A stretch of 64,000 nucleotides of DNA from Candidatus Woesebacteria bacterium (GTDB lineage: Bacteria > Patescibacteriota > Microgenomatia > UBA8517). The notes beneath the pieces were generated by a model that did not search any database, had not been told where the DNA came from, and saw only the letters and a list, made by a program, of their open reading frames with translations. Below are positions 30,063-40,056 of this stretch, piece after piece. The stretch spans positions 74,231 through 138,230 of the forward strand of contig CP058602.1 of the NCBI GenBank assembly GCA_013426185.1, written 5' to 3'. The position numbers were made by a program, and so were the translations under genes. Within the stretch, counting starts at the first letter, position 1. Each line of letters starts with the position of its first letter.

Positions 30063-30659
30063 ATGTTATTTTACGAAATTTTTCTTAACCTATTAGGTTT
30101 CTTTATTTTCCTTTTTGTTTTCTGGAAAAAGCTGAAAGAGGATTACCTCTCGAGCCAGATTTTTACAACAGCTTTTTATGTTATCTTTTTGGCATCTATT
30201 TTTCTATTGGTTTCTCATTTTTTATTGCCTAACTTTTGGTTTTGGGCTTTATTTTTGGCATTTTTGACTGGAGTTTTTTTGGGAAGGTGGCGATTTTCTC
30301 TTCATTTTTATGAGGTTTATGAGGCAGGAATAGTGGGGCTTTTGCCTTGGTTAAGCTTCTTTTTTCTTCTTGATGCCATGAAGACAACTAGCTGGTATTC
30401 TTTTTGTGGTTTTTTGTTTAGTTGGCTTTTGGTCTTGCTTTATATTTTCCTAAATCTTCACTATAAGAGCTTCAGTTGGTACAAGTCGGGCAAAGTTGGT
30501 TTTTCGGCTTTGGTGGTGACAATAGTCTTCTTTTTGGCAAGGATGATAGTTGCTATTTTTTTTCCCTCTATGGTATCCTTAAGTGGTAGCTTTGAGGCAC
30601 TTATTTCTGGTATCTTTTCTTTTTTTTCTTTTCTGTTATTATTTATTTTGTCAAGATGA
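30063..30659 (+). CDS. hypothetical polytopic membrane protein
   Basis: ~6 TM, no motif recognised. Confidence 0.45.
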   Translation: MLFYEIFLNLLGFFIFLFVFWKKLKEDYLSSQIFTTAFYVIFLASIFLLVSHFLLPNFWFWALFLAFLTGVFLGRWRFSLHFYEVYEAGIVGLLPWLSFFFLLDAMKTTSWYSFCGFLFSWLLVLLYIFLNLHYKSFSWYKSGKVGFSALVVTIVFFLARMIVAIFFPSMVSLSGSFEALISGIFSFFSFLLLFILSR

Positions 30660-31078
30660 AAAAAATTAAGAATAATGATAAGAAAAAACAGTCTAGGGTC
30701 GATAAACGGCCAGTTAGGTTCCCTGCCAATTTGCTTCAGCCTGTGGGAAAGTTTTTACAGGAGAGGTTGGCTAAATTGGAAAAGACGAAGAAAAATATAG
30801 AGGAAGAGGATCCGTTTCGCGATTCTGACCGTTTGTCTGACAATGCTTTTCCCGATACTGACGCAGCTGAACAATTTGGTCACACTCGAGTGTCTGCTAT
30901 TAAGAAGGAACTTGATAGGAAAATAATTCAAACTAGAAAAGCTCTAACGAGACTGAAAATAGGCAAATATGGTATTTGTGAGAATTGCGGCGAGATGATA
31001 GATACCGACCGTCTTCTTGTTTATCCTGAGGCTACTCTTTGTGTTAAATGTCAAAAGGAAAAGGAAAAGGAAAAGTAG
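30656..31078 (+). CDS. DksA/TraR-family C4 zinc-finger protein
   Basis: C-term CENCGEMID...CVKC. Confidence 0.65.
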   Translation: MKKIKNNDKKKQSRVDKRPVRFPANLLQPVGKFLQERLAKLEKTKKNIEEEDPFRDSDRLSDNAFPDTDAAEQFGHTRVSAIKKELDRKIIQTRKALTRLKIGKYGICENCGEMIDTDRLLVYPEATLCVKCQKEKEKEK

Positions 31079-31803
31079 GAAATAACCTCAAGCCTCAAGT
31101 AATTTACGAAGATGGTTTTTTGTTGGTTTTAGATAAGCCCTCTGGTTGGATTACGAATTCTGCTTTCACAGTAGGCAAAAACCCTGTTGTTCAGGACTTT
31201 ATTCTTAATAATTTTGATTTTGAGATAGCCAAAAATCGGGATTTAAGGTCTGGAATAGTACATCGTTTGGATAAAGATACTAGCGGTCTTCTCTTGGTAG
31301 CCAAAACAGAAAGAGCTTTTAGAGCTCTCCAGAGCCAATTTAAGAGGAGGATGGTAGAAAAAAGATACTTGGCTTTAGTTCATCAAAAATTAGAGCCTGA
31401 AGAAGGCGAGATAAAAGCTCCTGTGGGCCGTTTGCCTTGGAATCGGGAAAGATTTGGTGTTTTGCCGGGTGGAAGGGAAGCGTTTACAAAGTATAAAGTC
31501 TTGAAAAATTTTAAGCATCCTGAAAATGCTGATACTTTTTCCTTGGTGGAAGTAGCTCCAAAAACCGGCAGAACTCATCAGATAAGAATTCATTTTAAGT
31601 ATATTGGACATCCTTTGGTCTCAGATGCTTTTTATGCTGGCCGGAAAACCTCGCGCCGAGATCTAGTGTGGTGCCCAAGACTTTTTTTACATGCTTTCTT
31701 TTTGTCGTTTAATCATCCACAGACGAGTAAAAGTTTAGAAATTAAGATTGACTTACCATCTGATCTTAAAAAAACTCTGGATTTTTTGATTGAGTTAGAA
31801 TAA
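31048..31803 (+). CDS. RluA-family pseudouridine synthase
   Basis: catalytic HRLDKDTSGLLLVAK. Confidence 0.8.
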   Translation: MSKGKGKGKVGNNLKPQVIYEDGFLLVLDKPSGWITNSAFTVGKNPVVQDFILNNFDFEIAKNRDLRSGIVHRLDKDTSGLLLVAKTERAFRALQSQFKRRMVEKRYLALVHQKLEPEEGEIKAPVGRLPWNRERFGVLPGGREAFTKYKVLKNFKHPENADTFSLVEVAPKTGRTHQIRIHFKYIGHPLVSDAFYAGRKTSRRDLVWCPRLFLHAFFLSFNHPQTSKSLEIKIDLPSDLKKTLDFLIELE

Positions 31804-32280
31804 TTAACTCAAAACTTAAAAGTCAAAAGTCAAAAATTAGATTACAGAATACAGATTAGAGATTAGAGAATAAAATTCCAAATTCTAAACCCTGAACCAG
31901 AATAAATTCGATTCAGGGCAGGCAAATTCCAAATTACAAATTCCAATATACAAACAATATACAAGTAATAAACAAATTACAAACAGATTGTGAACACTGA
32001 ATTTAGTATTATGAATTATGTATTATGCAGAAAAATGCATTGTTCCCATAATACATAATACAAAATACAAAATACTAGCTTCCGGCCAGCTTCGACTAGC
32101 TCCGACTAAGTTCCGATAGCCGGCAACTGAAGTCTGACAGCTGATAGCTGATATCCGATGTCTGATATCCGATAGCCGATATCCGATAGCTGAAGTCTCT
32201 TGCCTTTTACCTATTATCATACTTGATACGTGATTGTTGATACTTGATACTTTTTAATAAATTATTAAAATACAACTTGT
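31804..32280. repeat. mosaic intergenic repeat copy R8 (minus; AT-array, hairpin array, palindrome, octamer array)
   Basis: module sharing. Confidence 0.9.
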
Positions 32281-32844
32281 ATGATCCAAGCAACAGATTT
32301 AAGAGCGGGAGTGACTTTTCTTTCTGATAATAAACCCTATCGAGTTATCAAATACAACTTGATCAAGATGGGACGGGGTGGGGCAACGGTTCGCGTGACA
32401 GCTAGGGATTTACTTAGTGGTACGGTTGAAGATAAAACTTTTAGCTCAAATGTCAAAGTTGAAGAAGTAACCACTTCAAAACGAAAGCTGAACTTTCTTT
32501 ATTCGGATAAAAGCGTGGCTACTTTTATGGATCCTGAAAGTTTTGAACAGGTTGAAATTCCTGTTGAAGTTATTTCAGACGAGTTGCCTTATATTAAGGA
32601 AGGCGAATCAGTTGATATTTTGTTTTGGGGAGATAAACCACTTTCGATTGATATACCTCCTAAAGTTACTCTGAAGGTAGTTGAGACAGCTCCTGGTGTT
32701 AAGGGTAATTCTGCTACCAATGTGTTTAAACCAGCAAAACTTGAGAATGGTCTTGAAGTAAAAGTGCCTCTTTTTGTCAAGGAAGGAGACTTGATCAGAG
32801 TTGATACAAGAACTGGGGCGTATGTAGAAAGAGCCAATAAATAG
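32281..32844 (+). CDS. efp: Elongation factor P
   Basis: 187 aa, KOW/OB domains. Confidence 0.85.
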   Translation: MIQATDLRAGVTFLSDNKPYRVIKYNLIKMGRGGATVRVTARDLLSGTVEDKTFSSNVKVEEVTTSKRKLNFLYSDKSVATFMDPESFEQVEIPVEVISDELPYIKEGESVDILFWGDKPLSIDIPPKVTLKVVETAPGVKGNSATNVFKPAKLENGLEVKVPLFVKEGDLIRVDTRTGAYVERANK

Positions 32845-32846
32845 GC

Positions 32847-33308
32847 TTATTTAAAAATCCACCATAGTGAGGTAATTATTGTAATAATTTGAGTTGCAAG
32901 GCCGGGTAGGGGAGAGGTGTCAACTTGTAGCGACTTCTGAAATTTTATCCATTTTTCTATGAATTTTGACTTAAGATCTAGGAAAAAATAAGGAGCTTCT
33001 ATCAAGTCGGGTAAAATAGAGAAGAGGCAGGCGAGAATAATTACCACAAATTGCCCAAAATTTTGGGATTTGAGGAGCGCTATACCAAAGCCTGAAAATA
33101 GAGCCAAGGTAGAATCAGCGACTACAATGTAGGTGGATTTCTTGGTTACCTTGCCAAAGGTTTTCTTTTCTGTATTCAAGTGCGGATTCCAGTGCGGGAC
33201 TTTCTCAAGCACAAGATGACTTAGGAAAGCAAGAGGGAGAGAAATAATGGGATTGGGTATCGTGGTTGCGATAGCTGCTCCTACCATAACATGCGGTGTT
33301 TCAAGCAT
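32847..33308 (-). CDS. hypothetical membrane protein
   Basis: 4 TM, 153 aa. Confidence 0.4.
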   Translation of the reverse strand: MLETPHVMVGAAIATTIPNPIISLPLAFLSHLVLEKVPHWNPHLNTEKKTFGKVTKKSTYIVVADSTLALFSGFGIALLKSQNFGQFVVIILACLFSILPDLIEAPYFFLDLKSKFIEKWIKFQKSLQVDTSPLPGLATQIITIITSLWWIFK

Positions 33309-33384
33309 AGGTAAAATAAATCTTAGCTTTTTTAAAAGGATAAATCAATGATAAAGAAAAGTCTTTATTTATTAGCACTTTATG

Positions 33385-33469
33385 TGGGCAAGGAGGGAGT
33401 CGAACCCTCACGATGCTTTCGCACCACAAGTTTTTGAGACTTGCCTGTCTACCATTCCAGCACTTGCCC
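33385..33469 (-). tRNA. tRNA-Leu (anticodon CAA)
   Basis: cloverleaf: 7-bp acceptor gggcaag/cttgccc, anticodon loop cuCAAaa, long variable arm, T-arm gggttcgactccc; CCA not encoded. Confidence 0.85.
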
Positions 33470-33479
33470 GTATCTATAT

Positions 33480-33932
33480 TTTAACATATAACAGTTAACA
33501 AATTAACAAATTAACTCAAAAATTAAAACTCAAAAGTCAAAAATATAATTCAAAACTCAAAACTCAAAAGTCAAAACTTTATGATTAGATTATAGATTTT
33601 GGATTATAGATTATCGAATAAAATTCCAAATTCCAAGTTCCAAATTACAAGAACTAAATTCTAGATTCTAATATCTAAACTCTAAACAAATTCTAAATCA
33701 CAAAGAAAAAATCCAACTTTGAACTTTTAACTATTTATTAACGCTTTCTACTTACTACTTTCTACTTTCTACTTGTATTCCCTGCATAATACATAATACA
33801 AGATACTAAATACTATAAATACCAGCTTCCGGTCGGCTCTGACTAGCTCCGACTGAATTCCGATGTCCGATATCCGATGTCTGACGTCCGACATCCGACA
33901 TCCGACGTCCGAGGTCTGATGTCCGACGTCCG
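33480..33932. repeat. mosaic intergenic repeat copy R9 (minus; 14-unit octamer array at 3' end)
   Basis: module sharing. Confidence 0.9.
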
Positions 33933-33986
33933 ATGGCCTGTCTCCTTATTCTTTACACTTATTCTATTTTTAACTACAATGAGGTG

Positions 33987-35702
33987 ATGGGTAATTTGGG
34001 TCTTTTAAATATAATATTTATTTTTCTTTTGGCCTCTTTTTTGGGAGGACTGGCGGCAAGAATCTTAAAACTTCAACCTTTTGTGGGTTACATTATCATT
34101 GGTATTTTATTTGGCAGTTTCTTACCTAAAGATCTAATTGAAATTGATAAATTGGCTGAAATTGGGGCAATTTTGCTTCTTTTCTCTCTTGGGCTTGAAC
34201 TTTCTTTGTCTAAATTACAAAGGATTCTAAAAGTAGCAGTTTGGGGAGGAATAATTCAGCTAGTTTTTTCATCAGTTCTTTTCTTTATAATTCTCTTGCT
34301 TTTTGGTTTTAGTCAAGTATTAAGTTTGATTTTAGCTATTGGCTTTTCGCTTTCTTCAACAGCCGTCGTGGTTAAGCTGTTGTCTGAGAAAGGTGATTTG
34401 GAAAGCGTTCATGGGGAACTAATGGTTGGTTGGCTTCTGGTTCAAGATTTGGCAGTTTTGCCCATAATGATTTTTTTGACTAGTCTCTCAACTAGAGGAG
34501 GAAATTGGTTTTTGTCTTTGGCCTTAATGTCGGCAAAGGGATTTTTAATTATCGGACTAGTTGTTCTTCTGGGGAGATTGATTTTGCCTTACCTTATTCA
34601 TAAGGTTGCTTCCTTTAATTCGCGCGAGCTTCTTCTTTTGCTCTCTGTTATTTTTGCTTTGGGAACAGCTTTTTTGGTTAATCTCTTTGGTTTTTCTTTT
34701 GCTTTAGGAGCCTTTTTGGCAGGGGTTGTTATTTCTGATTCGCAAGAAAAGCATGCTGTTTTTGCCGAGACTCGTTCTCTTCGAGATTTATTTGTAGCTT
34801 TGTTTTTTGTGACTCTTGGTTTTTCTCTTATTCCCAGCGTATTTATAAAATCTTCCTTTTTGATTTTAATTCTGGTTTTACTTATTTTCTTGGTTAAGTT
34901 TTTGGTCTTTCTTCTTGTTAACTTTACTTTTGGCTATTATGGAAAAGCAGCCATTATTTCAAGTTTGGGATTGACTCAAGTGGGTGAGTTTTCTTTTATC
35001 ATTTTCTCTCAAGCTAATCTTCTTGGTCTTATTTCTCCTGAAAATGCTTCTCTTGGGATCGCAGTTGCTCTTTCTTCTTTGATATTAAGCCCAATTGTGT
35101 TTAAGTATTCTTATACTTTATGGAAGAGATTGAAACTCGCGGCTGAAAATAGACCGTTTTTGTTGAAGTACATGCTTTCGCCTGAGAGGAACAAAAATCA
35201 TAATCTGGGAGAGTTGTCAGGTCATATTGTAGTCTGCGGTTTTGGAAGAGTTGGAAAGTGGGTTTGTAAAGCACTTGAATCTTTGGGAATTGATTTTGTG
35301 ATTGTTGATTATAACGAAAAGGCAATTAGAGAAGCAAAAGAGAAGGGTATTAAGGTTATCTATGGTGATGCTTCAGACCCTGAAATTATTAAGCAAGCGC
35401 AAGTTGCTTCTTCAAAATGCGTGGTAATTGCAATTCCTGATAAACTGGCTCAAGAGGAATTGATCACTCATATTCAAACTATTTCTCCTAACGTAAAAAT
35501 TTTTGCCAGAGCCCATTTTGATGAAGATGCAGTGAGACTGAGATTCTTGAGGGTAGACAAAGTCGTCCAGCCGGAATTTGAGGCGGCAATTGGTATTGTA
35601 AGCTCGGTTCTTTCAGCCCTTGGGAAAAGTAATCCTGAAATAAAGTCTAAAATAAGGAATTTAAGACGGTCCCACACCATTTCAGAAGAGCCGTCTTTTT
35701 AA
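33987..35702 (+). CDS. Kef-type cation:proton antiporter with C-terminal RCK/TrkA-N domain
   Basis: 12 TM + Rossmann GFGRVGK; listed ORF start 33933 lies in the repeat; ATG 33987 has SD gaggtg. Confidence 0.75.
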   Translation: MGNLGLLNIIFIFLLASFLGGLAARILKLQPFVGYIIIGILFGSFLPKDLIEIDKLAEIGAILLLFSLGLELSLSKLQRILKVAVWGGIIQLVFSSVLFFIILLLFGFSQVLSLILAIGFSLSSTAVVVKLLSEKGDLESVHGELMVGWLLVQDLAVLPIMIFLTSLSTRGGNWFLSLALMSAKGFLIIGLVVLLGRLILPYLIHKVASFNSRELLLLLSVIFALGTAFLVNLFGFSFALGAFLAGVVISDSQEKHAVFAETRSLRDLFVALFFVTLGFSLIPSVFIKSSFLILILVLLIFLVKFLVFLLVNFTFGYYGKAAIISSLGLTQVGEFSFIIFSQANLLGLISPENASLGIAVALSSLILSPIVFKYSYTLWKRLKLAAENRPFLLKYMLSPERNKNHNLGELSGHIVVCGFGRVGKWVCKALESLGIDFVIVDYNEKAIREAKEKGIKVIYGDASDPEIIKQAQVASSKCVVIAIPDKLAQEELITHIQTISPNVKIFARAHFDEDAVRLRFLRVDKVVQPEFEAAIGIVSSVLSALGKSNPEIKSKIRNLRRSHTISEEPSF

Positions 35703-35705
35703 TTT

Positions 35706-36626
35706 ATGAAATCTGCCCAATATTTCAAAAGAAGGCCTCGTCGGTCTTTTAAAATCTTTAGTCTTCTAAAATTATTCTTGGTCTTTTTGTTATTGGTCTT
35801 GGTTTTTATTTTGTTTTTTTTAAAGAAAAATATAAGGGCGGAAGATAAGATTTTGCTTGTTGTCCAAGGCAAAAATGTAGTTCGTATAGTTGACTTTGAT
35901 TTTATCTCTTCTGAGATTGTTGTGGTTGATATCCCGGCCAGTCTTGAGGTTGAAGCGTCTCATAATTTAGGGAATTGGGAATTATCAAGTATTTGGAATC
36001 TGGGTGAAAATGAAAAGATAGGAGGAGGTAAGCTTCTGGTTGAGACCTTGAGAAACAATCTCTTTGCGCCTGTCTATTATTTTTCATCAGAGAAAGGCAA
36101 CTCTTTAGTTGAAGGCAGTATCTTTTCAAGTTTGATTTTTCCTTTCCTTGAGAGTAAGTCAAATTTGGGACTAGTGGATAAGATAAAATTGGGCGTTTTT
36201 TCGGCAAGATTTAAAGATTCTAGGTTGACAAAAATAGATTTGTCTAGCACCTCTTTTCTTGAAAGAACACAGCTGAAGAGTGGTAAAGATGGATATCATG
36301 TTAGAGGTGAATTACCGCAAGAGTTGCTTTGGGTTTTTGCTGACCCTTTGTTTTTGAGGAATAAAGTTTTTGTTTCTCTGATTAATGAGACCGGCAGCTC
36401 GCTTGTAGTAGGTAGGGTGAGTAAGATTGTAGAAACTATGGGGGCCAAGTTGGGTGCGGTTAGCAATCAGAACGCTAGCGGAGATGATTGCGAAGTTGCC
36501 GCTCGGGATTACAACCTACTTTCAAATTTGTCTTTGGTTTTTTCTTGCCGTAAAGTGGAAGATGGAAAATTGGAAAAAAACGAGATTGTCCTTAAAATCG
36601 GTAAAAAATTTAAGGAAAGATTTTAA
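35706..36626 (+). CDS. LytR-CpsA-Psr (LCP)-family protein
   Basis: N-term TM; pattern LLVV..V.IPA...G..KI..GGGKLLVETL. Confidence 0.55.
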   Translation: MKSAQYFKRRPRRSFKIFSLLKLFLVFLLLVLVFILFFLKKNIRAEDKILLVVQGKNVVRIVDFDFISSEIVVVDIPASLEVEASHNLGNWELSSIWNLGENEKIGGGKLLVETLRNNLFAPVYYFSSEKGNSLVEGSIFSSLIFPFLESKSNLGLVDKIKLGVFSARFKDSRLTKIDLSSTSFLERTQLKSGKDGYHVRGELPQELLWVFADPLFLRNKVFVSLINETGSSLVVGRVSKIVETMGAKLGAVSNQNASGDDCEVAARDYNLLSNLSLVFSCRKVEDGKLEKNEIVLKIGKKFKERF

Positions 36627-36673
36627 TTTGGAATTTAAAATAGTTTAGACGGGGACAAAAAAGCCGTAGTTTA

Positions 36674-37441
36674 TTATTCTTGTTCTTCATCTTCAGAAGG
36701 CATAAAGTCTTCCTTATTGTGAACTAGCTCTGGCGGGGTAAAGGAAATATAGTCTAATTTTTCAACAGTAAAAGAGGGTATTTCCTTTGTTTTTTTACTT
36801 TTTTTGATTTCTTTAATGAATATTTTTACTTCTTTGTTGTCGATACTCTTAATATAGGCTTGGTATTCATTTCCTAGATTAATAAGCTTCTTGAGGCGGC
36901 TATTGATATCGTCAGGGAGGCGCCCGATATATTCATTGTCAATAGTTGTAATATTAATTCTATGTCCGTGAAAATTTAACTTTATTTCGTCTCCGGCATC
37001 AAGTTTAGCCAAAGTTTTGGGATTGCCAGGGTAGGTAAGAGTTACAATTTTTGTTTTACCCGGCTCTTCAATAAAAAGATCTGCTTTAAGAGATGTGCTT
37101 TTATAGCTTTCTTTTGACTTGAGCTTGCGCCATTTTTCTAGGCATTTTTGAGCGATGATATTATAAGGGTCAAGTGATAACACCTTTTTGGCTGTCATCT
37201 TAGCGTTTTTTATATCTCCTATCTCTGAGTAAGCTCGAGCAAGCCGTCCTAAGGCCTCAATGTTCTCAGGATCTTCTTCGATTATTTCTTTATTTAGCCT
37301 TAAGGCATTTTCCCAATCTCCCGCGAGAGCTGCTGTTATTGCTTCTTTTGCTTTTTGGTCTATAATAGCGTTTTGCATTTTCTTATCTACAAAAGAATAA
37401 ATGTATTGTATAATTAATGTCAATAGTCTATGAGTGGTCAT
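36674..37441 (-). CDS. TPR-repeat protein
   Basis: N-terminal TPR repeats. Confidence 0.55.
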   Translation of the reverse strand: MTTHRLLTLIIQYIYSFVDKKMQNAIIDQKAKEAITAALAGDWENALRLNKEIIEEDPENIEALGRLARAYSEIGDIKNAKMTAKKVLSLDPYNIIAQKCLEKWRKLKSKESYKSTSLKADLFIEEPGKTKIVTLTYPGNPKTLAKLDAGDEIKLNFHGHRINITTIDNEYIGRLPDDINSRLKKLINLGNEYQAYIKSIDNKEVKIFIKEIKKSKKTKEIPSFTVEKLDYISFTPPELVHNKEDFMPSEDEEQE

Positions 37442-38155
37442 TCACATTATGCAACCATAAAACGGCAGAAAGAGGCCAAGGATTCGGCCAAGGGGCGTAT
37501 ATTTTCGCGTCACGCTAAAGCCATTGCTCTTGCTATAAAAGTAGGAGGAAGCGCTGACCCCGAACTTAATTCCAAGCTTCGTTTTGCTATAGAGCAGGCA
37601 AAAGCAGACAATCTTCCTAAAGCAAATATTGAAAGGATTTTACAAAGAAGTCAGGAGATGGGGGACCTCGAAGAGGTTGTTTATGAAGGTTATGGTCCTT
37701 TAGGTGTGGGAGTTGTGGTTGATGCTGTGACCAATAATCGTAACAGGACTTCCCAGGAAATAAAAAATATTTTTGAGAGGGCAGGGGGAAGACTGGCTGG
37801 CCCTGGTTCTGTCTCTTACAATTTTGAACTTAAAGGTATGTTTACCGTCAAAAAAAAGGACGATGTTGAATCTCAGATGCTTAGTCTTATTGATCTGGGG
37901 GTAGAAGATGTTTTTGAAGCAGAAGATGGTATTGAAATTTATGTTGCTCCTGAACAGTTTCAGGAAACAAGAAATAAGCTTTTGGAGAAAGGCTTTGAAA
38001 TTATATCCTCAGAGCTTACAAAAAGACCTAAAAACTATCTGATCGTTGAAAATGAAAACGATGCCAAGAGGATAATGTCTTTTCTTGACGCTCTCGAGGA
38101 GCATGATGATGTTCAGGGTGTTTATTCCAACTTTGATTTTTCTCCCCAGAACTAA
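37430..38155 (+). CDS. YebC/PmpR-family transcriptional regulator
   Basis: N-term MSGHSHYATIKRQK. Confidence 0.85.
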   Translation: MSGHSHYATIKRQKEAKDSAKGRIFSRHAKAIALAIKVGGSADPELNSKLRFAIEQAKADNLPKANIERILQRSQEMGDLEEVVYEGYGPLGVGVVVDAVTNNRNRTSQEIKNIFERAGGRLAGPGSVSYNFELKGMFTVKKKDDVESQMLSLIDLGVEDVFEAEDGIEIYVAPEQFQETRNKLLEKGFEIISSELTKRPKNYLIVENENDAKRIMSFLDALEEHDDVQGVYSNFDFSPQN

Positions 38156-38158
38156 TAA

Positions 38159-38929
38159 ATGACTAAAAGAAAACGTTTTCTTGTCACATCTTTGCTTCTA
38201 ACTTTAGGTTTTGCAGGGGTACAATTCTTAGAACAAAGTTATAAATTTTGGGGTATTGGCGGCTTATCTTTTTTAACTCTAATCTTATTTTATTGGTCTT
38301 TAAGAGAGGGTTTGGCGTTTAATCTTACTCTTTTGAGCTTAGTTTTGCCTGTCTTTTTCACTTTAGGAGTCGGTTTTTTCTGGTTTCTTCTTCCTACAAA
38401 CATCTTTACACAGATTCCGATACTTATTTTTTATGGTTTCTTTATCTATATCCTTTGCCTGACTGAGAACATTTTCACAGTTGCCGCTATTAGAACGATC
38501 GCTCTTTTGAGAGCAGCAAGAGGAGTTGGTTTTGTTTTAACTCTTTTAGTCTCTTTTTTGCTTTTTAATACGATCGTGTCTCTGCGTCAGCCTTTTTGGA
38601 TTTCAAGCCCGCTTGTTTTTTTAGCGAGCTTTCTCATCTTTTTCCAAGGTTTGTGGCACGTTGATCTTTCAACAAGTTTTGATCGTGATTTATTTAACCT
38701 GTCTTTTATTTTTAGCCTTGTTTTGCTTGAAATTTCGGTTGCTCTTTTTTTCTGGCCTACTACGGTTGTGGTTGGTTCTTTGTTTTTGACAGTTTCGGTT
38801 TATGTCCTTTTGGGTTTAGGTCAAGCCAAAATTGAGGGCAGACTTTTTCCACAGACAATCAGGGAATACCTTACAGTGGGTATTTTGGTACTTCTTTCAA
38901 TGTTTTTTGCCACTCATTGGGGCGAATAG
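38159..38929 (+). CDS. hypothetical polytopic membrane protein
   Basis: 7-8 TM. Confidence 0.45.
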   Translation: MTKRKRFLVTSLLLTLGFAGVQFLEQSYKFWGIGGLSFLTLILFYWSLREGLAFNLTLLSLVLPVFFTLGVGFFWFLLPTNIFTQIPILIFYGFFIYILCLTENIFTVAAIRTIALLRAARGVGFVLTLLVSFLLFNTIVSLRQPFWISSPLVFLASFLIFFQGLWHVDLSTSFDRDLFNLSFIFSLVLLEISVALFFWPTTVVVGSLFLTVSVYVLLGLGQAKIEGRLFPQTIREYLTVGILVLLSMFFATHWGE

Positions 38930-39192
38930 AAATTTGGTTTCTTCTTAGTTATTGAAAACTAAAAAAAGACACACGGCGTGTAGGGGAGAGGGGAGTCGGG
39001 TATCCTATAATAATATCCTATAGTTTATGAAAACCGGTCATTTTTCACAGGATAATTTTTATTTTTTCACGAAAGAAAAATAGAATTTAACTTTAGAAAA
39101 AGAACCGAAAAGGAAAAGTGAAGCTAGTTGATATAGTTTGATAGAGTATTAAGCCTCTCTTTTTATCAAAAGCGGAGTGTTTTTGCTAGTCT

Positions 39193-39201
39193 TGTGGATA
39201 A
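39193..39201. promoter_or_regulatory. single consensus DnaA-box (TGTGGATAA) inside ORF-free AT-rich region
   Basis: seen in sequence; isolated, significance uncertain. Confidence 0.25.
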
Positions 39202-39362
39202 CTGTTTTCTGATTTATTGGAAAGTGTTCTTTTAGTTTTGTTTTCTTTATAGAGGGAATTTCTAAAAAACTCTGTCTTTTCCTTTTAATTTTATTAGTTT
39301 CAAAAAAACTGTTCTCTCTTTTTGGTGTGTTTGTTCCTTTTAGTAAAATTCTTTAAAATATA

Positions 39363-39390
39363 ATGTCGCACAAGATAGATTTTACGACAT
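39363..39390. promoter_or_regulatory. dif-like 28-bp site: 11-bp arm ATGTCGCACAA / 6-bp spacer / 11-bp arm TTTTACGACAT
   Basis: 11-6-11 architecture with inverted ATGTCG/CGACAT ends, ~670 bp upstream of xer gene; 10-mer TGTCGCACAA recurs at 40003. Confidence 0.35.
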
Positions 39391-39659
39391 AATGAAAGCT
39401 GTTGGAGTAGGAGGTGCTCCCCCGGGTTTTTATTTTTTTATCCCGGGATTTTTATTTTTGAAATAAATTATTTTTTTATATTTTCTCTTTTTAAATTGTC
39501 TTAGGATTTTTTTATTTCCAAATTAAACCCGAAAAAGCAATCGATATTATAAGAAAGTGTCAAAAGTGCTTTTAGACCGTAATCACGGACAAAAAGGAAC
39601 TTGTTTTAGACGACCAGTTAATCGTCTAAACTGAGAAACCCCCTTTAAAATCGATTTGG

Positions 39660-40000
39660 TGAAGCCAGGTTTGAAGCAAATAAAGAGCAAATTACAAATT
39701 AAAAACAATATACAAATTACAATATACAAATTCTAAATTCTAATATCTAAATCCTAAACCCTGAACCAGAATAAATTCGATTCAGGGCAAGCAAATTCCA
39801 AATCACAAACAAATTAGGAACACTGAACTTAGTTGAATTATGGAAATAATGCATTCACCTGCATAATACATAATACAAGATACTAGATACAATCTTTCGG
39901 CTAGCTTCGACTGAATTCCGATAGTCGAAAGCTGATGGCTGATGACCGACAACCGACATCTGAAGTCTGACAGCTGATAGCCGATGTCTGATGCTGATTA
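39660..40000. repeat. mosaic intergenic repeat copy R10 (minus)
   Basis: module sharing. Confidence 0.9.
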
Positions 40001-40016
40001 GTGTCGCACAATCTTA

Positions 40017-40045
40017 TTGACAAGTTTGTGGGGGAGTTCTACAAT
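40017..40045 (+). promoter_or_regulatory. near-consensus promoter TTGACA-17-TACAAT, -10 ends 11 nt before xer ATG
   Basis: seen in sequence. Confidence 0.45.
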
Positions 40046-40056
40046 GAATTTAGCTA

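Noticed and set aside
32023-32220. ORFs of 60-86 aa inside repeat copies (also 43578-43838, 60871-61086, 26075-26302)
   Set aside because: They are translations of the octamer/heptamer arrays (periodic IGYR/SDIG peptides), occur on either strand depending on copy orientation and have no start context; judged non-coding.
39193-39201. Calling 38930-39660 the chromosomal origin on the basis of the DnaA box
   Set aside because: Only one consensus box was found by eye and no dnaA/dnaN is in the window; kept as a minor feature only.
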